Positions 41,561 through 52,850 of a stretch of 64,000 bases of DNA are shown piece after piece (positions within the stretch are counted from its first letter, which is position 1; every line of letters starts with the position of its first letter). Made by a program: the position numbers and the translations under genes. The notes under the pieces are model-generated. The model saw nothing but the letters and a program-made list of their open reading frames with translations, had not been told where the DNA came from and did no database searches. Source of the stretch: Eledone cirrhosa (lineage: Eukaryota); assembly GCA_964016885.1 (NCBI GenBank), contig OZ024743.1, forward strand, positions 215,326,001-215,390,000. The letters are read 5' to 3'.

Positions 41561-42660
41561 GCATTACTGAAATTAATAACGATAACCTCAGTAATGACAG
41601 TGATTCATCAGAGCCAGCGCTCCTAAATAATAATAACGATCATCCTTATCGGAATTATATTTTTTAAACATCACCATAATTATGAACATCAATATATTCC
41701 ATATATAATATGTGATCATTAAAAAAACATCTCCACCTTTAATAATTTCCTGCAGAAATCTGGTTACCTCACTTGCTGCTGATGTCATTTTCGAATAAAT
41801 TTCAAAAGAGATACAACACAATTATAATGACAGATTCCAGCCGTTGCCAAACCCTATCTTTCCACTAAATTCCGCTGTTTTATTCGATTACTCCCATATC
41901 TTATTACTATAAATCCTGATCGCTTGACTTGGCATCATTTTCACATTAATTACAACTAGATACAACTGCTATTTTCAAATACTGATTCACTTTCCATTAT
42001 TTTCATCCATTCCATTTTGATAACACTGACCTAGCACAGAATATATCATAAATGCCTCTAAGAAGAGCATGTTAATATATTCCTAAAGATGCAGGAGATA
42101 TCATCCCCATGGTTATTCAAACATAAAAGAAGGAGATAAAAGAAGCGTCACGAAGGAATATTGATGACTACAACACATCTTTCTTCATACATACAAATGT
42201 GTTTGGGTTTTCTCTCATATAAGTTATTAATTACGTGATCGCTACATGTATGCAAAATATGATAAATAATTTCTCTCAAACTCTCTTTTATAAAAGCAAA
42301 TCCAATGAAAGCAATTATTAAAGAACACGTATATAAACATCATCGTTGATAAATAACATATTATCAATTTAGAATGTTCAGATAGGAAGTTGCGTTTGAG
42401 AGCGTTTACGATAATGAAAATCTATGATGGAAATATCGTTTATGTGTACACAGCCACAGACATTGTCCCAGACACACAGACATAGACGCACCCTAGACAT
42501 ATTCATATATGTCTATATATACATACATACATATATATATACATATATATACATAGATACATATATATACATACAAACATATATATACATAATTACATAC
42601 ATATATATATATATATATATAAGAGGGTGTTAAAGTTTGCTTGAAGCATTGTGAAATGTG

Positions 42661-43110
42661 TAAAATACGTAGTTTAGAAAGCCACAACAATGCAGAGGGA
42701 AATCTAGAAATAGGAAGTGAATGATAGATAGGAGAAACAGGAGAAAGTGAAAATTGAGAGAGACAAAGATGAAAACAAAACAAAGGTAGAAGGGTTACCG
42801 TAGTGGAGATTTAATCCCAATATTTCGGGCTAATATACAGGAATGCCGTTATAACGGCATTCCTGTCTTAACGACATCACAACTTTCTCCGCTTAGCCTG
42901 TTCCCCCCCTTTTGGAACTTTCCCCCGTTGATGGGCGTGAGCCCGAAATATTGGGATTAAATCTCCACTACGGTAACCCTTCTACCTTTGTTTTGTTTTC
43001 ATCTTTGTCTCTCTCAATTTTCACTTTCTCCTGTTTCTCCTATCTATCATTCACTTCCTACCTCGAGATTTCCCTCTGCATTGTTGTGGCTTTCTAAACT
43101 ACGTGTTTTA
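42661..43110. mobile_element. Non-coding inverted-arm element (~170-bp arms) with degenerate hammerhead at 42921-42956
   Basis: 42661-42831 is the reverse complement of 42940-43110; ccc CCGTTGA t gggc-gtga-gccc GAAA taTT ggga; (TA)n flanks. Confidence 0.85.
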
Positions 43111-43384
43111 TATATATATATATTTATTAAAATAACAGATTAAAGTTTAAGCAAATAATCGCTGCTTTCACCCTTAACGGGATCTTCTGAAACTAACAGA
43201 GTCAATCTGTAAACGCAGAACTGGATATTTCAAAAAACGTTGCAACCGGAGGAAGACAGGAAGACGATACTTTGGTTCGTGGTAACGTTCGCTGGCAAAG
43301 AACGGGAAAAAACGAATAATACGTCATTAAAAGGAGCGGTGAAAAACAATTACGCGCAAAGACAATTTCGCTAAAACACTCACA

Positions 43385-44689
43385 GTGGTTAAGGATTTTG
43401 AAGTTGATGTCATCCTTAATGCCCGAAAGTCGATGATTAATTTCGACGACACTATTTGGATTAAAAAATCCAATAGTACCCCACCATTCGGCGTGAGTAT
43501 GGGCGCCAGTGACTCTGCGGAGGTTACTGATCTTATTGGCCTTTTCCTTCTTTTCTCTATCAAGGACGAATTCCCCAACGCGGGCGGTGGTTTGTACCGT
43601 GACGACGGTCTTTTGACCATGACTAAGTGCGGACCTCGTGCTTGCGACAGGTTCAGAAAAGAACTCACAGCCTTCTTTAAAGGCTTCAATCAATCTATAC
43701 AGGTTGAGGCCAATCTCTCGGTCGTTAATTACCTCGACGTTACCCTCAATTTATTGAATGGGTTGTATTACCCGTATAGAAAGCCGAATGATACGCTTAA
43801 TTACATAAGTAAGCATTCCAAACATCCTGCCAGCATAACCAAGAACCTGTTAAGAAACGTTTCAATGAGGCTTTCCCGTCTTTCCACCAACAAGCGCATT
43901 TTCAACGACCATTCCACTTATTACAATGAAGCTCTTGCTCGAAGTGGATTTGTCGATAAGGTAGCATATACAGTGTACGAAAATAGACCTAGAAGAAATA
44001 GATCCCGCCGCATTTGTTGGTTTAACCCACCATATAATATGGAGGTGGCCACACCATTAGCTAAGATCTTTCTTTCCCTTATTACGAAGCATTTTCCCCC
44101 TACACATAAATATAGTAAAATTTTTAATAGAAATACTATTAAAATTTCTTACTCTACAACTCCTAACCTTGCACATAACATCACAGCTTCAAATTTAGCT
44201 AAACTACATAGCCGTAGGAACACGTGCAACCCTGTAGGTAGTACTAACTGTAATTGTAGGAAACGGGCTGATTGCCCCCTATCCGGGAAATGCCTCTCTA
44301 GTAACATTGTCTACAAATGTAAGGTTGTAACACCCACGTCCCGTAGGGCCTACATAGGGTTAACCGCCAATAGTTTCAAGCAGCGTCTTTATATGCATAC
44401 CCATTCTTTTCGTTACCCTCTAAGAAGGAATATGACGTCACTTTCAGCTTATATCTGGAGTCTAAAAGACAACCATACCCAATATAAGTTACACTGGGAG
44501 ATCCTAGCTTGGGCTAGATCGTATAACGGAAATAGAAGACCATGTGACCTCTGCGCCGCTGAGGCCCTGGAAATACTCTACGCTACAGACCTCATCTTAA
44601 ACAAAAAATCTGAGCCAATTTCGGCTTGTAAACATAAATTGCACAAAACGTTCCTGTATTACAGCCCCACGTTATACCTTAACGGATAG
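43385..44689 (+). CDS. Penelope-like RT (C-terminal half) + GIY-YIG endonuclease, 434 aa uninterrupted, N-terminally truncated
   Basis: FGVSMGA, GLYRDDGL, NYLDVTL, YRKPND, WFNPPY, CNCR..CPL.G.CL linker, NIVYKC...AYIGLT...FKQRL..H, CDLC..E. Confidence 0.95.
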   Translation: MVKDFEVDVILNARKSMINFDDTIWIKKSNSTPPFGVSMGASDSAEVTDLIGLFLLFSIKDEFPNAGGGLYRDDGLLTMTKCGPRACDRFRKELTAFFKGFNQSIQVEANLSVVNYLDVTLNLLNGLYYPYRKPNDTLNYISKHSKHPASITKNLLRNVSMRLSRLSTNKRIFNDHSTYYNEALARSGFVDKVAYTVYENRPRRNRSRRICWFNPPYNMEVATPLAKIFLSLITKHFPPTHKYSKIFNRNTIKISYSTTPNLAHNITASNLAKLHSRRNTCNPVGSTNCNCRKRADCPLSGKCLSSNIVYKCKVVTPTSRRAYIGLTANSFKQRLYMHTHSFRYPLRRNMTSLSAYIWSLKDNHTQYKLHWEILAWARSYNGNRRPCDLCAAEALEILYATDLILNKKSEPISACKHKLHKTFLYYSPTLYLNG

Positions 44690-45617
44690 CACGATCTATA
44701 CGTGGATATTTTACGTCTTCATGTAGGAGCTAATTATATGTTTTGTTTATTCCTTTACGTATTTGCATAGGTAAGTATATATTACCCGTATGTTTTGTGA
44801 AGGTATGTATACCTTCTCGTACGTATATTTGACTGTTATAGCGTATACTTTTTACATATTCTGGTATTTAGGGTTTGGCTATGTGTATACGGGAGTTTTG
44901 CGTCCGCGTGAGTTTGCAGGTTCGTACGTATGGTGGGTGTGCGTATATGTGTACTTCTTGTTTTAGTTGACTTACGTCTCCGAACATTCGTGTATTTATA
45001 TGTAGGTATGCGTGTGCGCTTGTTATATACGTATTTATTTACTTATATACGTTTATATAATTATTTATTTATTTGTACACAAGCATACACACACACACAT
45101 ATTTATATGTGCGTCGTTTTGTATACCCATGGTAAGGTTTTGCGTATGCTTGTGTATGTACGTATCTGTTTGCGTGTATGTATTTATTTGTTCCTATTAC
45201 TTCTGTATTGTATTTATTTACTTTGTTCTTAACTCTGTAGCGAAGATTCATTTGGTCTCCTAGTTAGAATTTTAGTCTACGATTTCTGCTATACCATTTA
45301 CGTGGTTTTGTCTTTGCGTGCTATTGTTCTCCACGCTCCACATATGACTTATTATCTTCGTTTTTTCGTTCATTGCCAGAGAACGTCTCTATGCACCACC
45401 TAAGAGAACATTAGTCTACGACCTCTTTTATACCATAAACGTGGTTTTGTCTTTGCGCGTAATTGTTTTTCACCGCTCCTATTAATGACGTATCATTCGT
45501 TTTTTCCCGTTCTTTGCCAGCGAACGTTACCACGAAACAAAGTATCGTCTTCCTGTCTTCCTCCGGTTGCAACGCTTTTTGAAATATCCAGTTCTGCGTT
45601 TACAGATTGACTTTGTT

Positions 45618-45668
45618 AGTTTCAGAAGATCCCGTTAAGGGAGAAAGCAGCGATTCTTTGCTTAAACA
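45618..45668 (+). ncRNA. Hammerhead-like motif with variant core CAGAAGA in the family B pLTR
   Basis: agttt CAGAAGA tccc-gttaa-ggga GAAA gca-gcgattctt-tgcT T aaac; same motif at 26241, 35795 and on minus at ~33350, ~38070, ~43145. Confidence 0.65.
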
Positions 45669-45777
45669 TTAATCCGTTATTTTAATAAATATTTGCTCTA
45701 CGGTTCTTATATATTTGATATATATTTTCCTTATCGAGCCCTCTTTGGATTTTAGTCTTCAATTTTATTATTATTAC

Positions 45778-45885
<108 letters not shown>

Positions 45886-45958
45886 AAGGAGTTATGGTAA
45901 GGAACCAGATGGGCCATAACGCACCAGAGTACTCAATAGCTAGGGTAGTAGAGTGGAT

Positions 45959-46072
45959 AATAGGAACAAGTATGACCCCGACGGCAGAGCTAAAGCCGTA
46001 TCGACGGCTATTTCTGGACTAAAATAGCCGTCGAAACGGCTTGAGCTCTACCGTAGTGGTCATACTTTTTCC

Positions 46073-46075
<3 letters not shown>
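45959..46075. repeat. Imperfect ~115-bp palindrome containing the 3' half of a hammerhead
   Basis: ataggaa.aagtatgacc...gacggctatt-loop-aatagccgtc GAAAcgg...ccGTA...ggtcatactt.ttcctat. Confidence 0.8.
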
Positions 46076-46132
<57 letters not shown>

Positions 46133-46496
46133 CGCGCGTATGCGCGCGTGTGTGTGTGTGTGTGTGTGTGTCTGTGCGTATTGTTGTTTGTGTGCGCATG
46201 TGTTTCACAATCAAGAATAAATGTCTGGGTAATTGTTTGTTCGTTTTAAAAAAAGTATACGTTGGTGCACTAAATATACACTGGTTAACGGACGTAAACG
46301 TTATAGAATAAAGAAAAATAATATATATGAGTCTGTTCCTGGATGATTCTTTGATGCTATCTTCGTAAAGCAAGCTCTTAAGAAAAAATGGGAGGTAAAC
46401 ATGTAGTAAAGAATCAATATTAATGAGAACATTATATAATATCTATGAATTTATCTAACAATCTTCCTCTCACCTCACGCCCTCGCTCTCTCACAC

Positions 46497-46602
<106 letters not shown>

Positions 46603-46893
46603 GCATACATATATATGAATATGTGTTGTGTGTGTTTGTGCGTAGTAACATATTCGTGGATATGGAAAAGGAAATTTTACATCTGTGCTCAATCCGGAAT
46701 GTGAGCTGATATAATATATATATATACATATTAGAAAGTGAGTTTTTTTTTTACAAAATGAAAAATAACCGAAGTCTCCTACACGAGTGAAAGTATAAAC
46801 AAAAAAAGATGAAATCGAAAATGCAACTGGAGTCTTATTTATTAAAAAAATATATATATTTATTTGGTCCCTTTCCCGGTTTCGCAGCTCTTC

Positions 46894-47049
46894 TGCTTTT
46901 CAAAAGTAGAGTTGAGATGGAGGGTTTGTGGTTTTTCTCACATCTGGTTGGTCTTTGAATGTTACTTGTTTAAAATGGAAAAAAGTGGCTCGAAAGGGTC
47001 TGTGGCTTTTGTCAGATATGACCCTCCATCTCATCTCTACTTTTGAAAA

Positions 47050-47052
<3 letters not shown>
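46894..47052. repeat. MITE-like unit with ~32-bp terminal inverted repeats
   Basis: tgcttttcaaaagtagag.tgagatggagggt ... accctccatctcatctctacttttgaaaagca. Confidence 0.7.
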
Positions 47053-47087
<35 letters not shown>

Positions 47088-47123
47088 CAAAGGAGTTGTG
47101 GTAAGGAACCAGATGCGACATAA

Positions 47124-47161
<38 letters not shown>

Positions 47162-47247
47162 CAAAGAGATATTTAATTTGTTGGTTATTCAACAAATTTA
47201 TTTATAACAGGTTCGAAGCACTCTACGTGTTTTATTATATATATTTA

Positions 47248-47304
47248 TTTTATTATATATATTTCAAAGGTACTAAAAGTTCGGTACGCCCTCATCAGAT
47301 TAAA
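47248..47304 (-). ncRNA. Type I hammerhead candidate (same family as 23136-23195)
   Basis: minus: tttaat CTGATGA gggcgtac-loop-gtaccttt GAAA tatatat A ataaaa. Confidence 0.65.
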
Positions 47305-47378
47305 TGCAAAATGCGTTTTATAAATGTTGAAATACCCAAGAAACCAGATATTATCTGTTCAGGTTCATTTTGTATATA

Positions 47379-47451
<73 letters not shown>

Positions 47452-47872
47452 GAATATATAAGCGTTTATATTTATATATATATATTTATATATATATATA
47501 TACATTTAGGATTGTTGGTTCAACACTGGATAGAACTGGTCATTCTGTATGGTCAACCTCGATGTAATATTAGGGAGTGCACTCGACGTAATGCAACTCA
47601 GCCGACTTCGTTCGTGTTGTTGGCGGTGCGAGTACAGAGTTAATTATTATAAAATAACAGGAGGCTGGACTGGTGTAATTCCTTAAAGGTTTATTAGAAC
47701 ATGAACAAAACAAGATATATATATATAACAAAGAGGGCTTGGTAAGATACAAGGTGGAACATAACGCAACAAAGAACTCAATACTTAGAATAGTAGATGC
47801 GATCGAGCTGTCGAAACGACAGGAAGTCAGCCGTCGTGTTCCTGACATTTTCTTACATGCACACACACACAT

Positions 47873-47907
<35 letters not shown>

Positions 47908-47994
47908 ACGTAGGAGGTAAGTTTTATTGTAGCATAATAAAGCAATGCAAATATCGGATAAGTAGGACTCAACAGTTCATAAGACTGGATTATA

Positions 47995-48344
47995 AATAAT
48001 ATAAGATCAAAAGATGGTTAAAATAGTTCCATGTATTTTGTTATGCGCATTTCAAAAACAAATATCATCATGGGATGATATTTGCGTTCTCATCAGAAAA
48101 AATAGGGAGACATGATATGAAGCTAAAAAAAACACTTGCGAGCAGTGAATTATTAAATCAACATGATGAAGTGTTAAATCAATATGATTATTTAATACTT
48201 CACTGCTCGCAAGCGTTTTTTAAGCTTCATATCATGTCTCCCTATTTTATCTGATGAGAACGTAAATATCATCCCATGATGATATTGGTTTTTGAAATGC
48301 GCATAATAAAATACATGGAACTCTTTTAACCATCTTTTGATCTT

Positions 48345-48352
<8 letters not shown>
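47995..48352. repeat. Foldback element, ~160-bp arms with ~40-bp spacer, a hammerhead in each arm
   Basis: 47995-48155 is the reverse complement of 48192-48352. Confidence 0.95.
48243..48313 (+). ncRNA. Type I hammerhead ribozyme, intact core
   Basis: tattttat CTGATGA gaac..aatatcat-ccc-atgatgatatt..ttt GAAA tgcgc ATA ataaaata; stem I tattttat/ataaaata, palindromic stem III ATGCGCAT. Confidence 0.85.
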
Positions 48353-48926
<574 letters not shown>

Positions 48927-48928
<2 letters not shown>

Positions 48929-49528
48929 CACTAAAGGACTCAAACATCAGCTTCTCCACGCACTGGCAGATTGTCGGCAGGGCTGCACCGTACAACTTCA
49001 AGAGGAAATGCGATATTTGCCTCATGGAGCTCTACCACATCATAACTGCAACCCACGAGCTCATCAACAGCAGAGCTGAAACAGCGATAAGTTGAACACA
49101 TCGCTTAAAAATTTCCTTCTTTAGATGGGTTAAGGATGAAGAGTGAAATAGTACACTGGATCTCCCTGCAACAAATCTTAACACCCCGGCGGGCAGGCGC
49201 TGCAAAATACCACCCAGAAAACAATCCTTGCATACCATACCCAGCCTCAGACAAACGGATGCGGCAAAAAAAAAAAAAATATCCGGGAAAGACTGCCCTA
49301 ACACCGGCCAGAGTTACCTGCCTTGACCTGCTGCAAAATCAAAACAAGATATTTTTGCGAGCAATGAATCTTGATGTAGATTTAACCCCCAAAACTCTTT
49401 CCGAACTATATATGGAACACTTGTGATTATTTATTCCCTTGAGAACCCCAACTGGGCGAAACGTACGTAGGTGATATTTTAAATAAACATGTTTTAACGG
49501 TCTATTCTCCGATTTTCTACTTTCCCAC

Positions 49529-49530
<2 letters not shown>
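48927..49530 (+). mobile_element. Penelope family C 3' fragment (GIY-YIG C-terminus + 3'UTR)
   Basis: [45 protein letters not shown] aligns with the end of ORF 43385..44689; (TA)n flanks. Confidence 0.85.
49432..49476 (+). ncRNA. Minimal hammerhead with U3:A8 core variant
   Basis: tattccc TTGAGAA c ccca-ac-tggg c GAAA cgtac GTA ggtgata; palindromic stem III ACGTACGT. Confidence 0.7.
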
Positions 49531-49587
<57 letters not shown>

Positions 49588-49588
49588 A

Positions 49589-49954
<366 letters not shown>

Positions 49955-50240
49955 TTTAATTATACGCTGCTCTATTATTGATGTTATTGTTTCGTTTTAC
50001 GCTACTCCTCTACATATATCTTGCCTCGAATGAATTATTTTGATATCTATGTGCTGTGATGTGTTGACAAGTGGTAAACATTGTATTGGAGATCGATTGA
50101 GACATCCTCAAGCGATTAGACAAATCTAGGCTCCTGATCAACGAAACAATTGTCAGTGCTTTAAATAAAGCCCATATTGTACAGCCAACTATGTTACTCT
50201 TCTTTATTTAACTTACATATATATATATATATATTTATAA

Positions 50241-50275
<35 letters not shown>

Positions 50276-50553
50276 TGTATGTATGTATGTATGTATGTAT
50301 GTATGTATGTATGTATGTATCTATGTATGTATGCATATATATATTTATTTATATGAAGTGACGATAAGAATCTCAGCTTTGTAAACTTCCATATTACAAT
50401 CTCTATGGCGGGTAAAATTATATTATATAAATTTCGTAAGACCTGATGATGTCACTGGCTTCCTACAGAACCCGAACTTTGCAATGTGCATAGTGTTTAT
50501 AATAAATCTTTACGGAAATTCACCACTTCAGCCTCCTGTCATTTTACTCATTA

Positions 50554-50589
<36 letters not shown>

Positions 50590-50700
50590 ATGTGTGTGGT
50601 TTTTTTTTGGTATATACATATATCAATAATCATTTACTCAACCGGATGTAAACCAATTTTTGTATTGTATCTGATGAGCGCGTACCAAAATATTGGTATC

Positions 50701-51200
50701 GAAGGTGCTATGGTATTTTAGGATACAGACAGACAAGAAATTAGAACTCAATAGGCCTGGCCTGGTGGTTTTGAACAAGGAAAAATGGTCGTGCCTGATT
50801 GTAGATGTAGCCTGCCCATTTGACACAAGATTGGAAGAAAAGGAGAGGGAGAAAATTAATCGATACCAGGAATTAAATTGGGAGGTAAAAAAGATTTGGA
50901 ACGACCATAAAATCAAGGTCGTGCCGATTGTCATAGGTGCACTAGGTACTATCTCAAAGAGTTTACAAGGATAGTTAAAGTAGATTAGTCCAGCCCCGCT
51001 TTTTTGAACACTTCAAAAGGCATGCTTGCTGGGAACAGCAAGAACCCTCTGATACGCCCTGAATATCTGAGGCTACAGGTAGCGGCTTGATATTCATTTC
51101 AACAAACTTTCGAGTTAAATTACATGAATGACTCAGACTCAAAGAACAATAATAATAATAATAAGAAGAAGAAGAAGAAGAAGAATAATAATAATAATAA
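50701..51200 (+). mobile_element. R4/Dong 3' fragment (RLE domain, 3'UTR, (AAT)/(AAG) tail)
   Basis: ORF 50693..50974 matches 55920-56200; 3'UTR shared with 6400-6490. Confidence 0.92.
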
Positions 51201-51620
51201 GAGGGAGAAGACGCACGTGGTGGATAGAAGGTCGTGAAATCGCTCCCGTAAGTTTTGAATTTTTAACAAATTTAAATCATTTGTGAATTAACAATTCTTA
51301 GTACAAATGTTACGTAAAGCATCCGGCTTGAGCCCCAAAAAAATTCGGACCCCAAATATATTGTTATAAGGCTCAAATATTCAACTTTGTATTGTACATT
51401 GTATATTCAAAAGAGAAAATGGCTATAAATGGAAGAAGAACCCCCCCCCTCCTCTGTCTACACTAACAACAGTCAAACAACAGCAATTTCACCAACACCA
51501 GAAACTAGATACACCACCTACCCCATCACCCTCTGTGTACACTAAACACAACAGCCAGATAACGGCAATTTCACCACCACCACAACCAATCTCAACATAA
51601 TAATGATAATAATAATTACT
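51200..51620 (+). mobile_element. Possible 5' end of another Tx1-like family
   Basis: starts right after (AAT)n; ttgagccccaaaa motif and Pro/Thr-rich start resemble the Tx1 5' region at 2340-2614. Confidence 0.3.
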
Positions 51621-51961
51621 ATTATTATTGTCCCAAGTTTTAACAAAATGTTTAATTCCAACATTAAGGGAATTTATGTCAACACATGTACGCGACTAAC
51701 CCCATAGATTCACCGAACGGACATCAGTAACGACAACGCCATCACTACAGTCACCGCCGCCGCCGCCCATCCATCATTACGACCACTATCCCATCACCGC
51801 CGCCGCCACCACTCCTCCATTGATACCACCGCTACCCTACCCCCCACTACCTTCTGTTAACTTTCGAAAGGGGAGGATGGCGATATCACTAGACAATATT
51901 GATAAACAAGATTAATATTTAATTTTGGATCAGGAATGTTGGAGTCGAAAATGGCAAAATG

Positions 51962-52465
51962 ACTAAACGACTACAGATTATTATTTCACCACCAATACCA
52001 CCACCACTGCCACGATGAAAACTCTGGTCGAATTGACTCAAATTTATACCCCAACTACAACACCATCACTACAGTAATACGACCACATCACCACCACTAC
52101 TAAACGACTACAGATTATTATTTCACCACCAATAACACCACCACTACCACGATGAACACTCTGGTCAAATCGACTCAAATTTATACCCCAACTACAACAC
52201 CATCACTACAGTAAACCGATCACATCACCACCACCACTGCCTCAGTATCGCTACCGCCGCTATTCTCTCCCACTGCCTCCTACTAGTTGCTGCTAGCACA
52301 GCACCACCACCAGATTGTAGAATTCCTACTAAAAGAGGACACCATCACTACAGTATTACTACCACATCACCACCACCACTGTCTCAGTATCGCTACCGCC
52401 ACTATTCTCTCCCATTGCCTCCTGCTAGTTGCTGCTAGCACAGCACCGCCACCACATTGTAGAAT
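51962..52465 (+). repeat. Overlapping ~137-140-bp tandem duplications in (CAC)-rich low-complexity DNA
   Basis: actaaacgactacagattatt at 51962 and 52099; ctcagtatcgctaccgcc at 52240 and 52384. Confidence 0.85.
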
Positions 52466-52773
52466 GACTGCTAAAAAAGAGGAAGGCATCAAAATATATA
52501 GATAGACTCAAAAGAAAAAACAAAAATCAAAATCAAAGCAGCACAGCAACAACAACAAAAAACAAAAAAAACAAAAAACAAAAACAAAAAAAAGGTAAAG
52601 AAAATAAGTATGAAGAGAGAAACAAACGGACGGACAGAGAAAGGAAGGGAAAAACGAAGTCAGACATTCGATCACTACATTACAATGAAAATTATGCTTA
52701 TTCGTTTTTGGGTTTTTCCCTGCCTGTTTGTTTGTTTATTTGTGTTCGTCTACAGCGTGATAATGCAACACAA

Positions 52774-52850
52774 GAGCCACGTCGAGCGACGCAAACACCG
52801 GGGACGGTGAATCCACCGGTGGTTATGTAACCATACATTCGCCAATCCTC
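52774..52850 (+). ncRNA. Candidate HDV-like ribozyme at the R4/Dong 5' end
   Basis: P1 agccac/gtggtt, P2 gggga/tcctc, P3 cgg/ccg, P4 atgta/tacat, J4/2 gccaa in nested-pseudoknot order; L3/P1.1 non-canonical. Confidence 0.45.

Noticed and set aside
51962-52465. Repeat units as a possible CRISPR array
   Set aside because: Eukaryotic context; simple tandem duplications with no repeat-spacer structure
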